From Bacillota bacterium (GTDB lineage: Bacteria; Bacillota; Sulfobacillia; Fermentithermobacillales; Fermentithermobacillaceae), in assembly GCA_040766745.1 (NCBI GenBank), contig JAXGPX010000002.1:317248-381247 (forward strand): a stretch of 64,000 nucleotides of DNA, in the 5' to 3' direction. The notes under the pieces are model-generated. The model did no database searches, had not been told where the DNA came from, and saw only the letters and a program-made list of their open reading frames with translations. Below, in pieces: positions 35,214 to 45,336 of this stretch. The position numbers were made by a program, and so were the translations under genes. The number at the start of each line of letters is the position of its first letter. Position 1 is the stretch's first letter.

Positions 35214-35606
35214 CTATTCCTTTGGCCTTCCGCTAGGTGCCTTTCTGGGCTGCTCAGGTGGATCAGCCATTTGTGATGAGCCAAAGAACCTTGCTCCCTC
35301 AGAAATTACGAGACTGCCTGAACATACATCGCCTTTTAGTGTGCCGGAAGAAAGAATTTCAAGTCGCCCTGTAGACTTCACATTGCCTGTAACACTACCT
35401 GCAATTGTAACGTTGGTGCCGTCAATATCTGCGTTTACAACTGAACTCTGGCCAATCATTACGTCGGCATCGCATTGAACCTTGCCTTTTATCCTTCCAT
35501 CCACTCTTATGCTTCCCTTAGAATGAACAGTTCCTTCAATTTCAATGCCCTTACCCAGAACACTTTCGAAGGTAGTTTTTTGGGCGGTGTCTCTAGACAT
35601 GAACAT
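35214..35606 (-). CDS. bactofilin (DUF583, CcmA-like cytoskeletal protein)
   Basis: Repetitive beta-helix pattern (G.I.V.G...G.V) across the 130-aa ORF. Pro-rich C-terminal tail. Confidence 0.7.
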   Translation of the reverse strand: MFMSRDTAQKTTFESVLGKGIEIEGTVHSKGSIRVDGRIKGKVQCDADVMIGQSSVVNADIDGTNVTIAGSVTGNVKSTGRLEILSSGTLKGDVCSGSLVISEGARFFGSSQMADPPEQPRKAPSGRPKE

Positions 35607-35622
35607 ATGTCATTACCTCCCG

Positions 35623-36627
35623 TTATTTTTTGGGCAGAATAAAGTCCAGAGGATTTTGGGAGTTCCCGTTCTTGTGTATTTCGTAGTGAAGGTGCGGCCC
35701 AGTTGAAGCGCCTGAAGATCCAACGTAACCGATAATATCTCCTCTGCGAACCTTCTGCCAGTTTGATACCTTGAGCGAGCTGCAGTGGCTATAAAGGGAC
35801 TCGAGGCCGTAACCGTGGCTGATTACTACTGTCCGGCCGTATCCGACCTTATACCCTGCAAACACTACTGTGCCATCGGCTGTAGCCTTAATAGGGGTGC
35901 CATAGTGTCCTGCAATGTCTATTCCCTCGTGGAAATCGCTCCTGCGTGTGATTGGGTGCTTTCTCCACCCGTACTTGGAGGTAATACTCCCATTGACAGG
36001 AAATATATTTGGTTGTGCCCTGGAATAGTCGACAGCTTCAAGGGCATCTTTGTGAAGGGCGTCAACCCGTTCTTCAAGATCACTGAGTTGAACATTCAAT
36101 CCTGTCGCGTATTCGTCCAGGGAAGTCAGGATTGAGGACATAGACCGGACAGGGATAGAGGTTCGCCTGTTAACCCCGCTTCTCGAGGTAACCCCCAGCG
36201 CGATCTGCCTTGACGCAACAATGGCGCTCTGTTCATCGAGAGATTGATCTATCAGCCCTTCTTGCAATAGCATGTTACGGGTTTGGCTTTCAGCAAGTTC
36301 TGTTTGGCGAAGCCTATCTGCTAAGTTTGCCAGGTAATCTTGCATCTCCCGTATTTTTTGCTCCTGAAGGTCAGCCACCTCATAGAGATAGGCAAGTTCC
36401 CGGTTTTCGTTTTTTGTGTCCAGGTAGGAGCTGACGAAGAAACCAAGGGTAGTCAGGGACATGCAAACAACAGCAAGCAAAGCGAGAATGGTTTTTAGGC
36501 TGTAACTATAAGTAAGAGTCTTTCCATGGGAATACACCAATAGAAAAGTAAACCGGCGTTCCCGGTTGCTGTGTGGCTTCTTAAGGCCGCCTGGCTTCTT
36601 ACTGTTGATACCTCTGAGAATGGACAA
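35623..36627 (-). CDS. M23 metallopeptidase with N-terminal TM and coiled coil
   Basis: HEGIDI and GPHLHYEIH motifs. Coiled-coil region (LQEQKIREMQDYLANLADRLRQ). Confidence 0.8.
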   Translation of the reverse strand: MSILRGINSKKPGGLKKPHSNRERRFTFLLVYSHGKTLTYSYSLKTILALLAVVCMSLTTLGFFVSSYLDTKNENRELAYLYEVADLQEQKIREMQDYLANLADRLRQTELAESQTRNMLLQEGLIDQSLDEQSAIVASRQIALGVTSRSGVNRRTSIPVRSMSSILTSLDEYATGLNVQLSDLEERVDALHKDALEAVDYSRAQPNIFPVNGSITSKYGWRKHPITRRSDFHEGIDIAGHYGTPIKATADGTVVFAGYKVGYGRTVVISHGYGLESLYSHCSSLKVSNWQKVRRGDIIGYVGSSGASTGPHLHYEIHKNGNSQNPLDFILPKK

Positions 36628-36762
36628 CCCTGTAATTCCCCCGAACTTGCGTTTCGATGCTTATGCTACGGCAAGACTGCCACGTACATAGCAGTTCGAC
36701 GCCTACGCTATTATTCCTGCCGCCTCGAATGGAAATCATCCGATTTCTCTTAGTCCGGTAAT

Positions 36763-37893
36763 CTACATATAGATCCTTGGTACCCTTGGAGCTATCCCTG
36801 TAAGGATTTCGTGGGCAATAGTCTGGGCCAGTTCTGCCACTTCATCAACGGTAATACACTCAGTTCCGTCCTGTCCTATCAGTGTAACAAGCTCTCCCGG
36901 TTCGACATCTGTAGTGCCGCCAAGATCGATCATTAGCTGGTCCATGCAAATCCGGCCTGCAATAGGGTACCTTCGGCCTTTGATCAAGACAGACCCTCGG
37001 TTGGATAGGAGCCTGGGGTAGCCGTCTGCGTATCCAATGGGCACTGTGGCTATAGTAGTGCCTGACCCTGTTCTATAGGTCATACCATAGCCTATATAAG
37101 ACCCTGGGCCTACGTGCTTTACGTAAGAAACCCGGGCTTTCAACGAGAATACAGGATATAGAGGAGCTTTTCCTGCCAGTGATTGATCCGGGTAGGAGCC
37201 ATAGATCATTATGCCTGGGCGGACCAGGTCAAGATGTGACTCGGGAAAATCAAGTATAGCTGCTGAGTTTGCTGCATGTAGATACCTGGGCCGGATGTGG
37301 GCCTGAGACGCCTGTTCCACAGCCGTGTTAAAGTTCGACCATTGGTTCATGGTGTACTTTTTATTCACATCTGCAGCTGAAAAGTGAGTGAAGATCCCTT
37401 CCACTTCTACATAATTGCACTGCTGCAGTAGATCCAGGGCTTTCTGTAATTCAGGGCCTGGCATGAAGCCTGTGCGGCCCATGCCTGTTTCCACCTTTAT
37501 GTGAATCTTTGTCTTTCGCCCTATGGACTTGCCTGCCTCTTCAGCTGACTGTATCCCCATAGTAGATGTAACTGCCATGGAAACACTCAAGTCAGCAAGG
37601 GCTCTGGCCCCTCCTGGTGTTACAGGCCCAAGAACCAAGATCCCACAGTCAATTGACTCGCTCCTAAGTTCGATCGCTTCTTCTGGCGTAGCAACAGCAA
37701 GCCCCATAACCCCAGGCACTTCCAGTGCCGCCCTTGATGCAGGTACTGCTCCTATGCCATAGGCATTTGCCTTGACCACGGCAATTATCTGAGTTGACGC
37801 TGGAATTAGGCCCTGAACGACCTGCAGGTTCTTTTTGAAGTTGCCCAGATCAATTTCTGCCCATACGGGCCTTAACGGTTCCGGCTTAGTCAT
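36763..37893 (-). CDS. alr: alanine racemase
   Basis: PLP-lysine motif AVVKANAYGIG and a C-terminal beta domain. 376 aa. Confidence 0.9.
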   Translation of the reverse strand: MTKPEPLRPVWAEIDLGNFKKNLQVVQGLIPASTQIIAVVKANAYGIGAVPASRAALEVPGVMGLAVATPEEAIELRSESIDCGILVLGPVTPGGARALADLSVSMAVTSTMGIQSAEEAGKSIGRKTKIHIKVETGMGRTGFMPGPELQKALDLLQQCNYVEVEGIFTHFSAADVNKKYTMNQWSNFNTAVEQASQAHIRPRYLHAANSAAILDFPESHLDLVRPGIMIYGSYPDQSLAGKAPLYPVFSLKARVSYVKHVGPGSYIGYGMTYRTGSGTTIATVPIGYADGYPRLLSNRGSVLIKGRRYPIAGRICMDQLMIDLGGTTDVEPGELVTLIGQDGTECITVDEVAELAQTIAHEILTGIAPRVPRIYM

Positions 37894-37981
37894 AGTTTCA
37901 AATGCCTCCTGTGCTGCAGATATGCAGGAAATGTTTCACGTGAAACATATGGATACACTTGCCGCCTGAATGCTTTGTGCA

Positions 37982-38833
37982 TTACACACTGTCGCCGCTT
38001 GCACTTTTATGTATTGCCTCGACCAAACGTTCAAGATCCTCTGAACCAAAAAACGAAATACTTATCGTACCCCTGTTCCCCTGTTTCTTTACCACAACAG
38101 GACTTCCAAGGGCAGCCGTCAATACCTCTTCAGCTTCTTTCACACGAATTGCCGTAACTGTATCCTTCTTTGCTTTCCTGGCAGCCTTACCTGACACGGC
38201 CTCCTCAGTGCCCCTAACGGACAGTCCCTTAGATACAATGGCCCTGGCAAGCCGGATCTGCTGATCCCTTGCCAGTCCGACAATAGCTCGTCCATGGCCG
38301 CCTGTCATTTTCCCCTGGTTAATCAGTTCCTTAACTTCAGGCTCCAAACGCAACAACCTGAGAGTGTTTGCCACTTCTGACCGGCTCTTGCCAACTCTCT
38401 TGGAAATATCCTCTTGGGTGAGGCCAAACTCCTCTGAAAGCCTCTGGTAGGCCTCTGCTTCCTCAAGAGGCCCAAGGTCCTCCCGCTGCAGGTTCTCTAC
38501 AAGAGATATCTCCATGGCCTCACGGTTGCTCATGGTTCTAACTACTACCGGAATTTTATCAAGGCCCGCCTCCAGAGCAGCTCTTAGGCGTCTCTCACCT
38601 GCAACTAATTGATAGCCGGCACCTTCTCTCCTGACTATCAAGGGCTGAATAACCCCGTGTTCTTTCATAGATGCAGCGAGTTCTTGGATTTTCCCATCGT
38701 CGAATATCTGCCGGGGCTGATATGGATTAGGCCGTATCTCTGCTGGATTCAGTTCTAGGATATCTTCACTCTCATCACCGGCTGCAACCGGAATCAGTGC
38801 GTCAATACCTCTACCAAGACCCCTCTTGGCCAC
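37982..38833 (-). CDS. parB: chromosome partitioning protein ParB/Spo0J
   Basis: ParB-box GERRLRAA, HTH and C-terminal dimerisation domains. Probable GTG start (M)AKRGLGRGIDALIP at 38833. The listed ATG at 38893 would overlap soj more extensively. Confidence 0.85.
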   Translation of the reverse strand: MAKRGLGRGIDALIPVAAGDESEDILELNPAEIRPNPYQPRQIFDDGKIQELAASMKEHGVIQPLIVRREGAGYQLVAGERRLRAALEAGLDKIPVVVRTMSNREAMEISLVENLQREDLGPLEEAEAYQRLSEEFGLTQEDISKRVGKSRSEVANTLRLLRLEPEVKELINQGKMTGGHGRAIVGLARDQQIRLARAIVSKGLSVRGTEEAVSGKAARKAKKDTVTAIRVKEAEEVLTAALGSPVVVKKQGNRGTISISFFGSEDLERLVEAIHKSASGDSV

Positions 38834-39587
38834 GCCGTAACACCTCCTCTGCAAGTTCCCTGTATACTTCGGCGCCGCGGGACCTGCTATCATAAACAGT
38901 GATTGGCTTGCCGTGAGAGGGCGCCTCTGACAGCCTTACGTTCCTGGGAATTATCGTCATAAACACTTTTCCCCTGAAATATCTCTTAACCTCATCAGCC
39001 ACCTGTAGGGAAAGGTTTGTTCGCCCATCAAACATGGTAAGCAGAACTCCTTCCAGTTCTAAACTGGAGTTAAGCCTGCCTCTTATCAATTTGATGGTGC
39101 TAAGCAGCTGGGTTAACCCTTCGAGGGCGTAGTACTCGCATTGAATGGGTATGAGAACGGAATCTGCGGCCGCCAAGGCATTAACTGTGAGAAGGCCCAA
39201 AGACGGAGGGCAGTCAATGAAAGTATAGTCGTAGTTATCCCTGAGTTGGGCCACTACCTTCTTGAGTCTGTGTTCCCGTTCAGGGACAGAGACAAGTTCG
39301 ATCTCTGCTCCTGCTAGATCAATTGACGACGGCAACAGCCAGACACCTGTATACTCTGTGGCACGGAGGGCCTTGACAGGCTCAATATCCCTTACAAGAC
39401 AGTCATAAATCGAAAAGTCCAGTTTGCTCCGGTCCACTCCCAGTCCACTTGTTGCATTTCCCTGAGGATCTGTATCCACAATCAAAATAGAACGGCCGAG
39501 CTCTCCCAGGCAAGCTCCAAGGTTAACAGCGGTAGTGGTCTTGCCCACCCCGCCTTTCTGATTGGCAACGGCAATAACTCTAGACAT
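38811..39587 (-). CDS. soj: ParA/Soj chromosome partitioning ATPase
   Basis: Deviant Walker A KGGVGKTT. 258 aa. Confidence 0.9.
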   Translation of the reverse strand: MSRVIAVANQKGGVGKTTTAVNLGACLGELGRSILIVDTDPQGNATSGLGVDRSKLDFSIYDCLVRDIEPVKALRATEYTGVWLLPSSIDLAGAEIELVSVPEREHRLKKVVAQLRDNYDYTFIDCPPSLGLLTVNALAAADSVLIPIQCEYYALEGLTQLLSTIKLIRGRLNSSLELEGVLLTMFDGRTNLSLQVADEVKRYFRGKVFMTIIPRNVRLSEAPSHGKPITVYDSRSRGAEVYRELAEEVLRRGQEGSW

Positions 39588-39589
39588 GG

Positions 39590-40381
39590 CTATGTTCTTA
39601 CCAACACCTTAAACTCCCATGATTTTTCATAAGACTCTTCTCTGCATACTACATCAAGTCCTGCCTTTTTCATCTCAACGACAATTTTCCGCAAAGTATT
39701 CTGGAAGATCCTCGGATCTTTGTATATAACTTTACCTCTTGCAGACGGCATTGCGGTACGCTTTTTGACTCCAGACGGCGAAAACCCGCAGAGGCTTTCC
39801 ATATCCCCGGCGGTTAGATTCATCTTAACACACCTGCGGAAGAGCTCCAGTTGCCGTGCATCATCTTTAACCCTCAATAGAGCCCTTGCCTGCCGTTCAC
39901 CTATTTCGCCAGACTTGAGAGCCTCAAGAACCTCCCCTGGCAGGCGCAGCAATCGAAGCTTGTTAGACACAGTGCACTGCATTCTGCCGCAGCGAATGGC
40001 TATCTCCTGATGGGTCATTCCATATTCATTAACCAATTGATCAAGTAATAGAGCCTCTTCTACCGGATTTACGTCCTTGCGCTTAGCGCCTTCAGAAATC
40101 CTTGTAACAATTGCAGTCACATGGTCCATTTCCCTTACCACACATGTGACTGCTTCCTCACCTCTTTTTCGGGCCACCCAATACTCAAGATCTCCCGCCA
40201 CAAGTTCATACTTGCTGCCAACGGGCCTCACCAGAAGAGGCTCTCTGCTCCCCTTTACAAGTTCGGCAAGGATCGCCCGGGAAACAGCAGTATCGCCACC
40301 AGGCAGGCAAGCTCCTGGCATTAAGGTTATGTGATCTACCGGCACATTCTTAGTCTCAAACCCCTCAGCTGCTATAAACAT
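39590..40381 (-). CDS. ParB-like/Noc-like nucleoid occlusion paralog
   Basis: ParB N-terminal domain and HTH (HQEIAIRCGRMQCTVSNKLRLLRL). Located between rsmG and soj, like noc/yyaA. Confidence 0.7.
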   Translation of the reverse strand: MFIAAEGFETKNVPVDHITLMPGACLPGGDTAVSRAILAELVKGSREPLLVRPVGSKYELVAGDLEYWVARKRGEEAVTCVVREMDHVTAIVTRISEGAKRKDVNPVEEALLLDQLVNEYGMTHQEIAIRCGRMQCTVSNKLRLLRLPGEVLEALKSGEIGERQARALLRVKDDARQLELFRRCVKMNLTAGDMESLCGFSPSGVKKRTAMPSARGKVIYKDPRIFQNTLRKIVVEMKKAGLDVVCREESYEKSWEFKVLVRT

Positions 40382-40442
40382 AAAAAAGCCACCTCCACGG
40401 TGACATTTCTTGGTACAGGAAATTATTTCCTGCCTTAATCTA

Positions 40443-41231
40443 CTAGTCCAGGGGGTTTTTTCTAATGGCTCCGTACCGTCGCGGGTACTTCCGACTCATA
40501 GGTGTTACCTTGGAATACACTGCCAGTATCCTTGCACCCATGCCGTCAGGTAATGTGTACGTGTGCTTAGCCGTTAAAGACAGGCCGGCCTTTTTCAAGC
40601 CCTGGCCTGATTCAGGAACTTCCTGTTCAGAAGATATCCAAAGCACGGCTTTTCCTCCCACCGCCAAAAAGCCTGAACACAGTTCAAGGGCAATCCGCGG
40701 CCCTGCCATAGCCCTGGTAGTAACCAGGGTATACGTCTCTCTGTGAATAGGATCGTGGCCCAGCTCTTCTGCCCTGTCTTGAATTACGCGTACCCCCGAA
40801 ATCCCTGAAGCACCTATGTACCCCTGTAGAAAATCACAGGCTCCCTGCCGTGAATCAAGCAGGCATACCTGAGCGCAGGGGCTAAGAATCCTTACTGCCA
40901 GCCCGGGCCAGCCGTTGCCGCTTCCCAAATCTATAGCCTTTTCAGGAGATACAATGCCGTCCAGGTAAGCAATGGCAAAAGAATCAACCAGAAGTTTAAC
41001 TGCCAATTCTGCAGGATCGTCGAATCCTACCACACGCCTTCCTTCCCAACCGGTGTAAAACCTGAGCCATTCTTCTACAAGAGCCTGGTTCCCAGGTGGC
41101 AGGGAAATGTTCATACGGCCCATGCTTCCGGCAAACGCTTTAATAGCCTCATCTACATATATATGGTTCGGTAAGACTTGCTTATCTGTCAACGTAAACT
41201 CCCTCGCCTGGTTATTTCGTGGATCAGGCAT
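40443..41231 (-). CDS. rsmG: 16S rRNA (guanine527-N7)-methyltransferase
   Basis: SAM-binding motif DLGSGNGWPG. GidB family. Confidence 0.85.
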   Translation of the reverse strand: MPDPRNNQAREFTLTDKQVLPNHIYVDEAIKAFAGSMGRMNISLPPGNQALVEEWLRFYTGWEGRRVVGFDDPAELAVKLLVDSFAIAYLDGIVSPEKAIDLGSGNGWPGLAVRILSPCAQVCLLDSRQGACDFLQGYIGASGISGVRVIQDRAEELGHDPIHRETYTLVTTRAMAGPRIALELCSGFLAVGGKAVLWISSEQEVPESGQGLKKAGLSLTAKHTYTLPDGMGARILAVYSKVTPMSRKYPRRYGAIRKNPLD

Positions 41232-43047
41232 CAGATTGGCTTACTGTATTCTCTGAAGATAACTTCCCGCCTCTGAGCAGAGCAAGAATCACCAGTGCAT
41301 CAGACGGGGAAACTCCGGCATCAAGTGCACGGCCCAAAGATGAAGGCCTGTACTTGTTCAGTTTGTCTACGGTTTCCCGCGAAAGCCCGTTAACACCGGC
41401 CCAATCTATGCTAACCGGAAGCCTCCTCCCAAGGTATCTCTCAAGCCGCCTTGCCTCTCGTTCCTGTCTCTGAATAAATCCTGCATACTTAGCCTCAATT
41501 TCGATTTCAGCCAGGACTTCCTCTGGAAGGGTTTGTAGGCCGTCTACGATCCCAAAAAAGTCTTCAATGCACTGTCCTGGCAATCGCAGAAGATCCTTGA
41601 CGCTACTTCCTGAGACCTTCTCCTCAAGAAGTGCCCTGCCCCTGGCAATAAGGCTTTTTTTAGTGCAAAACCCATGCCATCTGGTATCGGAAACAAGGCC
41701 TACTCTTCTACCTGCAGCAGTAAGCCTCATATCAGCATTTGAGTGCCTGAGCAGAAGCCTGTATTCTGCCCTTGAAGTGAGCATTCTGTACGGCTCTTCA
41801 ATCAGAGTGCTCACAAGGTCATCAAGCAATACACCAATGTATGCTTCCCTTCGTCCAAGTACCAAAGGTTCTTCCCCTTTGATCTTCATAACAGCGTTAA
41901 TCCCAGCCAAAAGCCCCTGGGCTGCGGCTTCTTCATACCCCGAGGTTGCGTTGATCTGCCCGGCAGTAAATAGCCCAGACATACCCTGTACTTCGAAAGT
42001 CGGCAGAATCTGCGACGGTACCAGGTAATCATATTCAATTGCATACCCAGGCCTTGTTATCTGGGCCCTTTTCAGTCCAGGAAGAGTTCTGACCATCTGG
42101 TACTGAACATCTTCAGGCAGGCTGGTAGACAGGCCAAGAATATATACATCTGAACTCTCTTCTGATTCAATTTCAAAGTATATCTGGTGACGGCTCCGGT
42201 TAGGAAACCTCATAATCTTATCTTCTATGGACGGACAATACCTGGGCCCGGTCCCCTGTATGGTACCGTCGAAAAGGGGCGCCCTCTCTATGTTGTTCCT
42301 TATAACCTCGTGGGTCTTCTCATTGGTATAGGTGGAATAGCAAACTTTCTTGTCCCATATTCGTGGAACCGACATAAACGAGAACGCAATTGGCTTATCC
42401 AGGCCGCCTTCAGGCGTAAGCTCATCCCAGGCGATACTGGCCTTGTGTATCCTAGGCGACGTCCCGGTCTTGAACCTGCCAAGGTTAAACCCAAGTCCTC
42501 TAAGTGAAGCAGAAAGCCCTCTGGCTCCCGGCTCGCCCAAAGGCCCGGACTCAATAATTTCTTCCCCTATTACAATCCGGCTCTCAAGATATACACCTGT
42601 ACAGAGAATCACTGCCCTGGAACGAATCTTGCTCATATCTTCAAGAATGACTCCACATGCCTTGCCATCCTCAATCATGACTTCAGTTACCATCCCCTGG
42701 ACCAGTTCAATCCCAACTGTCTCGATCTGCCGCTTCATGTAACGGGAATATGCCTTTTTGTCTATTTGGGCCCTTAGAGATTGGACAGCAGGCCCTTTCG
42801 ATGCATTTAGCAGGCGCATTTCTATGGCGCAATTATCTGCGGCAAGAGCCATTTCACCGCCAAGGGCATCTATCTCAGCCACGATCTGGGCTTTTCCAGG
42901 GCCGCCAATGGCAGGGTTACACGGCATGCCGGCGATATTGGCTTTATCCAGAGTCACCATGGCAACTTTCATGCCAAGGCGCGCCGAAGCCAGGCCTGCC
43001 TCACATGCAGCATGGCCGCTGCCCACGACAACTACATCAAAATCCAT
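41224..43047 (-). CDS. mnmG: tRNA uridine 5-carboxymethylaminomethyl modification enzyme MnmG (GidA)
   Basis: FAD motif VVVVGSGHAACEAG. Start taken at MDFDVVVV (43047). Confidence 0.9.
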   Translation of the reverse strand: MDFDVVVVGSGHAACEAGLASARLGMKVAMVTLDKANIAGMPCNPAIGGPGKAQIVAEIDALGGEMALAADNCAIEMRLLNASKGPAVQSLRAQIDKKAYSRYMKRQIETVGIELVQGMVTEVMIEDGKACGVILEDMSKIRSRAVILCTGVYLESRIVIGEEIIESGPLGEPGARGLSASLRGLGFNLGRFKTGTSPRIHKASIAWDELTPEGGLDKPIAFSFMSVPRIWDKKVCYSTYTNEKTHEVIRNNIERAPLFDGTIQGTGPRYCPSIEDKIMRFPNRSRHQIYFEIESEESSDVYILGLSTSLPEDVQYQMVRTLPGLKRAQITRPGYAIEYDYLVPSQILPTFEVQGMSGLFTAGQINATSGYEEAAAQGLLAGINAVMKIKGEEPLVLGRREAYIGVLLDDLVSTLIEEPYRMLTSRAEYRLLLRHSNADMRLTAAGRRVGLVSDTRWHGFCTKKSLIARGRALLEEKVSGSSVKDLLRLPGQCIEDFFGIVDGLQTLPEEVLAEIEIEAKYAGFIQRQEREARRLERYLGRRLPVSIDWAGVNGLSRETVDKLNKYRPSSLGRALDAGVSPSDALVILALLRGGKLSSENTVSQSDA

Positions 43048-43151
43048 TGCTCTCACCCTGCCACCCCCCTTCAACTGTTAAACGAACCTGCTTAGAGCAA
43101 ACACAGAACCGGCGTTTTCAAAGCACCCCGGCCCTGCCGGCAAGTAAATAT

Positions 43152-44555
43152 CTACTTACCTACACAAAACCGCGAGAATATCCTGTCAAGGGTCTCATTG
43201 CTCACTACTTTGCCAGTTAGCTCCATAAGCGCCCTAGCAGCCTCTTCTAAGGATAGCACTACTACATCGTCAGTCCAACCCAGGCTCAAATCGTCAAGGG
43301 CTCTCCTTATGCCATTCAATGCACGCTCAAGGCAATCCACCTGCCTGGCAGATCCAGGTGCAAGAACTTCAGGATCGCCAAGAGAAGTGAACATGTACTG
43401 GACTCTCTTTTTTAACTCCTCCAAACCTTCACCTGTAACAGATGATACTCTGACCCAGTCGCCACGGGAAACGTGATCCAGTTCGCCGGCGCCAATCTTG
43501 CCTTTCCCCAGGTCACCCTTGGTGACTACAGCCACACAGTACCTGTCCTGCCACCGTGTGAGCCACTCACGGTCCTCTTCAAGAATGCCCTCAGTGTCGT
43601 CGAGAACATACAGAATCACATTAGATTCCTGGGCTGCGCTTTTGGCCCTTTCAACGCCCATTGCTTCGACTACTTCCCGTGTCTGCCTCAGGCCCGCTGT
43701 ATCAAGCAGAACCACAGGAAGTCCGTACCATTGCGTCCTCTCGCTTAGGACATCTCTTGTAGTTCCGGGTATATCAGTGACAATGGCCCGCTCCCTGGAA
43801 AGCAGCGCGTTGAATAGAGATGATTTTCCAACGTTCGGGCGGCCAACCAAGCAGACCTCTACTCCGCCTGACAGGGCAAGCCCCAGAGGGGCCTTCGCCA
43901 ATACAGCTCCTATGTCTCGCGACAGTTCTGTGAGCAGGGCCTCAATGCGGCTGTGCTCAGATTCTATGTTTTCCGGAAAATCCATGGAACCCTGAAGCAG
44001 CGCCAATATGTCAATAATCAGGCTCTCCCATCTCTCAACCATTGCGCCCAGTTCACCTTTGAGCCGCCGGCCTGCCTGGCTGAGTGATGCCTCTGACGCA
44101 GAATTGATCACGTCAAGGACTGCCTCTGCTTCGTCGAGGGTTATTCGGCCATTGAGAAAGGCCCGTCTCGTAAACTCCCCAGGCATAGCAGCTCTCACAC
44201 CAAGCCGAAATGCAATATTCAGGACTTTCTCGGCTACAAGCATTCCGCCGTGGCATTGAATCTCTACTACGTCTTCGCCTGTGTATGATCTAGGCCCTTT
44301 CATCAAAAGCACCACAGCTTCGTCTATAGTGGTGCCTGCATCAGTATCAACAATGTCAGCCAGGGCCATGGACCAACTGGCCATAGAATGCAAGGTACCC
44401 CCCCGTCTTCTTAACCGGATCATCTTGTCAGCAATAGACACAGAGTTACCGCCGCTCAGCCTTACTATGGCTATGCCCCCGGTACCCATCGGGCTGGCTA
44501 TGGCGCCTATGGTTTCTGTATCTGCATCCAAATAGGAATCTACCATGTCGTGCAT
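43152..44555 (-). CDS. mnmE: tRNA modification GTPase MnmE (TrmE)
   Basis: G-domain motifs GRPNVGKSS and DTAG, and the C-terminal CxGK. Confidence 0.9.
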   Translation of the reverse strand: MHDMVDSYLDADTETIGAIASPMGTGGIAIVRLSGGNSVSIADKMIRLRRRGGTLHSMASWSMALADIVDTDAGTTIDEAVVLLMKGPRSYTGEDVVEIQCHGGMLVAEKVLNIAFRLGVRAAMPGEFTRRAFLNGRITLDEAEAVLDVINSASEASLSQAGRRLKGELGAMVERWESLIIDILALLQGSMDFPENIESEHSRIEALLTELSRDIGAVLAKAPLGLALSGGVEVCLVGRPNVGKSSLFNALLSRERAIVTDIPGTTRDVLSERTQWYGLPVVLLDTAGLRQTREVVEAMGVERAKSAAQESNVILYVLDDTEGILEEDREWLTRWQDRYCVAVVTKGDLGKGKIGAGELDHVSRGDWVRVSSVTGEGLEELKKRVQYMFTSLGDPEVLAPGSARQVDCLERALNGIRRALDDLSLGWTDDVVVLSLEEAARALMELTGKVVSNETLDRIFSRFCVGK

Positions 44556-44682
44556 GAATGTAATCCTCCATACAACGGCTCAAAAAGCACACCTTCGCCC
44601 TTGAATTATACAGTGTGGGACGAGAAAACGGAAAAGGCCCCCTTTCGGAGGCCTGCTATTATTTTTAAACGTTAGATTTATA

Positions 44683-45336
44683 TTACACGGGGTTACGTTT
44701 TGTATCCTGGCCGGCACCCTTGCGCGGGGAAACTACTACCCTTCTAAAGGGCTCATCTCCTTCGCTATGGGTTACAACCCTCCCATTCTTCTGAAGGGTC
44801 ATATGAACAATCCTGCGGTCCCTTGCATCCATAGGCCGTAAAAACGCACTTCTTCCTGTCCTCTCTACCCTTCTGGCCATATTTCTGGCCATTTCCTCTA
44901 GATCTTTTTCCCTGCGCTTTCTGTACCCGCCTACGTCTACTGTAATTCTTCTTGCCAACCCGGTCCCTTTTGAAGACACTACATTTGCGAGAAACTCAAG
45001 GTGCCTCAAAGTCTCGCCGTGGCGTCCAATAAGAAGGCCAAGGTCGGTCCCGGTTACGTCTATAGCCCGCATGTCTCCTTGGTTGCGAACTTCGACTTTT
45101 CCGGCTATGCCCATAGCGGCAAGCAGTCCCTCAATAAACTCACAAGCTATCTCTGCCCTTTCTTTCTTTGCAGTCACCCTTACCCTTGCATCCCTACCTC
45201 CGAGGATTCCCAAGAAACCTCTGGTAGGCTCTTCAATTACCTCAACAATAACATCATCTTCTGAAACCCCAAGATCGCTGAGGGCGCTTTCCACAGCTTC
45301 TTCTACAGTACGTCCGGATTTTTCAATACTTCTCAC
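44683..45336 (-). CDS. jag: Jag/SpoIIIJ-associated RNA-binding protein (KH + R3H)
   Basis: [25 protein letters not shown]-terminus and an R3H domain at the C-terminus. Confidence 0.85.
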   Translation of the reverse strand: MRSIEKSGRTVEEAVESALSDLGVSEDDVIVEVIEEPTRGFLGILGGRDARVRVTAKKERAEIACEFIEGLLAAMGIAGKVEVRNQGDMRAIDVTGTDLGLLIGRHGETLRHLEFLANVVSSKGTGLARRITVDVGGYRKRREKDLEEMARNMARRVERTGRSAFLRPMDARDRRIVHMTLQKNGRVVTHSEGDEPFRRVVVSPRKGAGQDTKRNPV

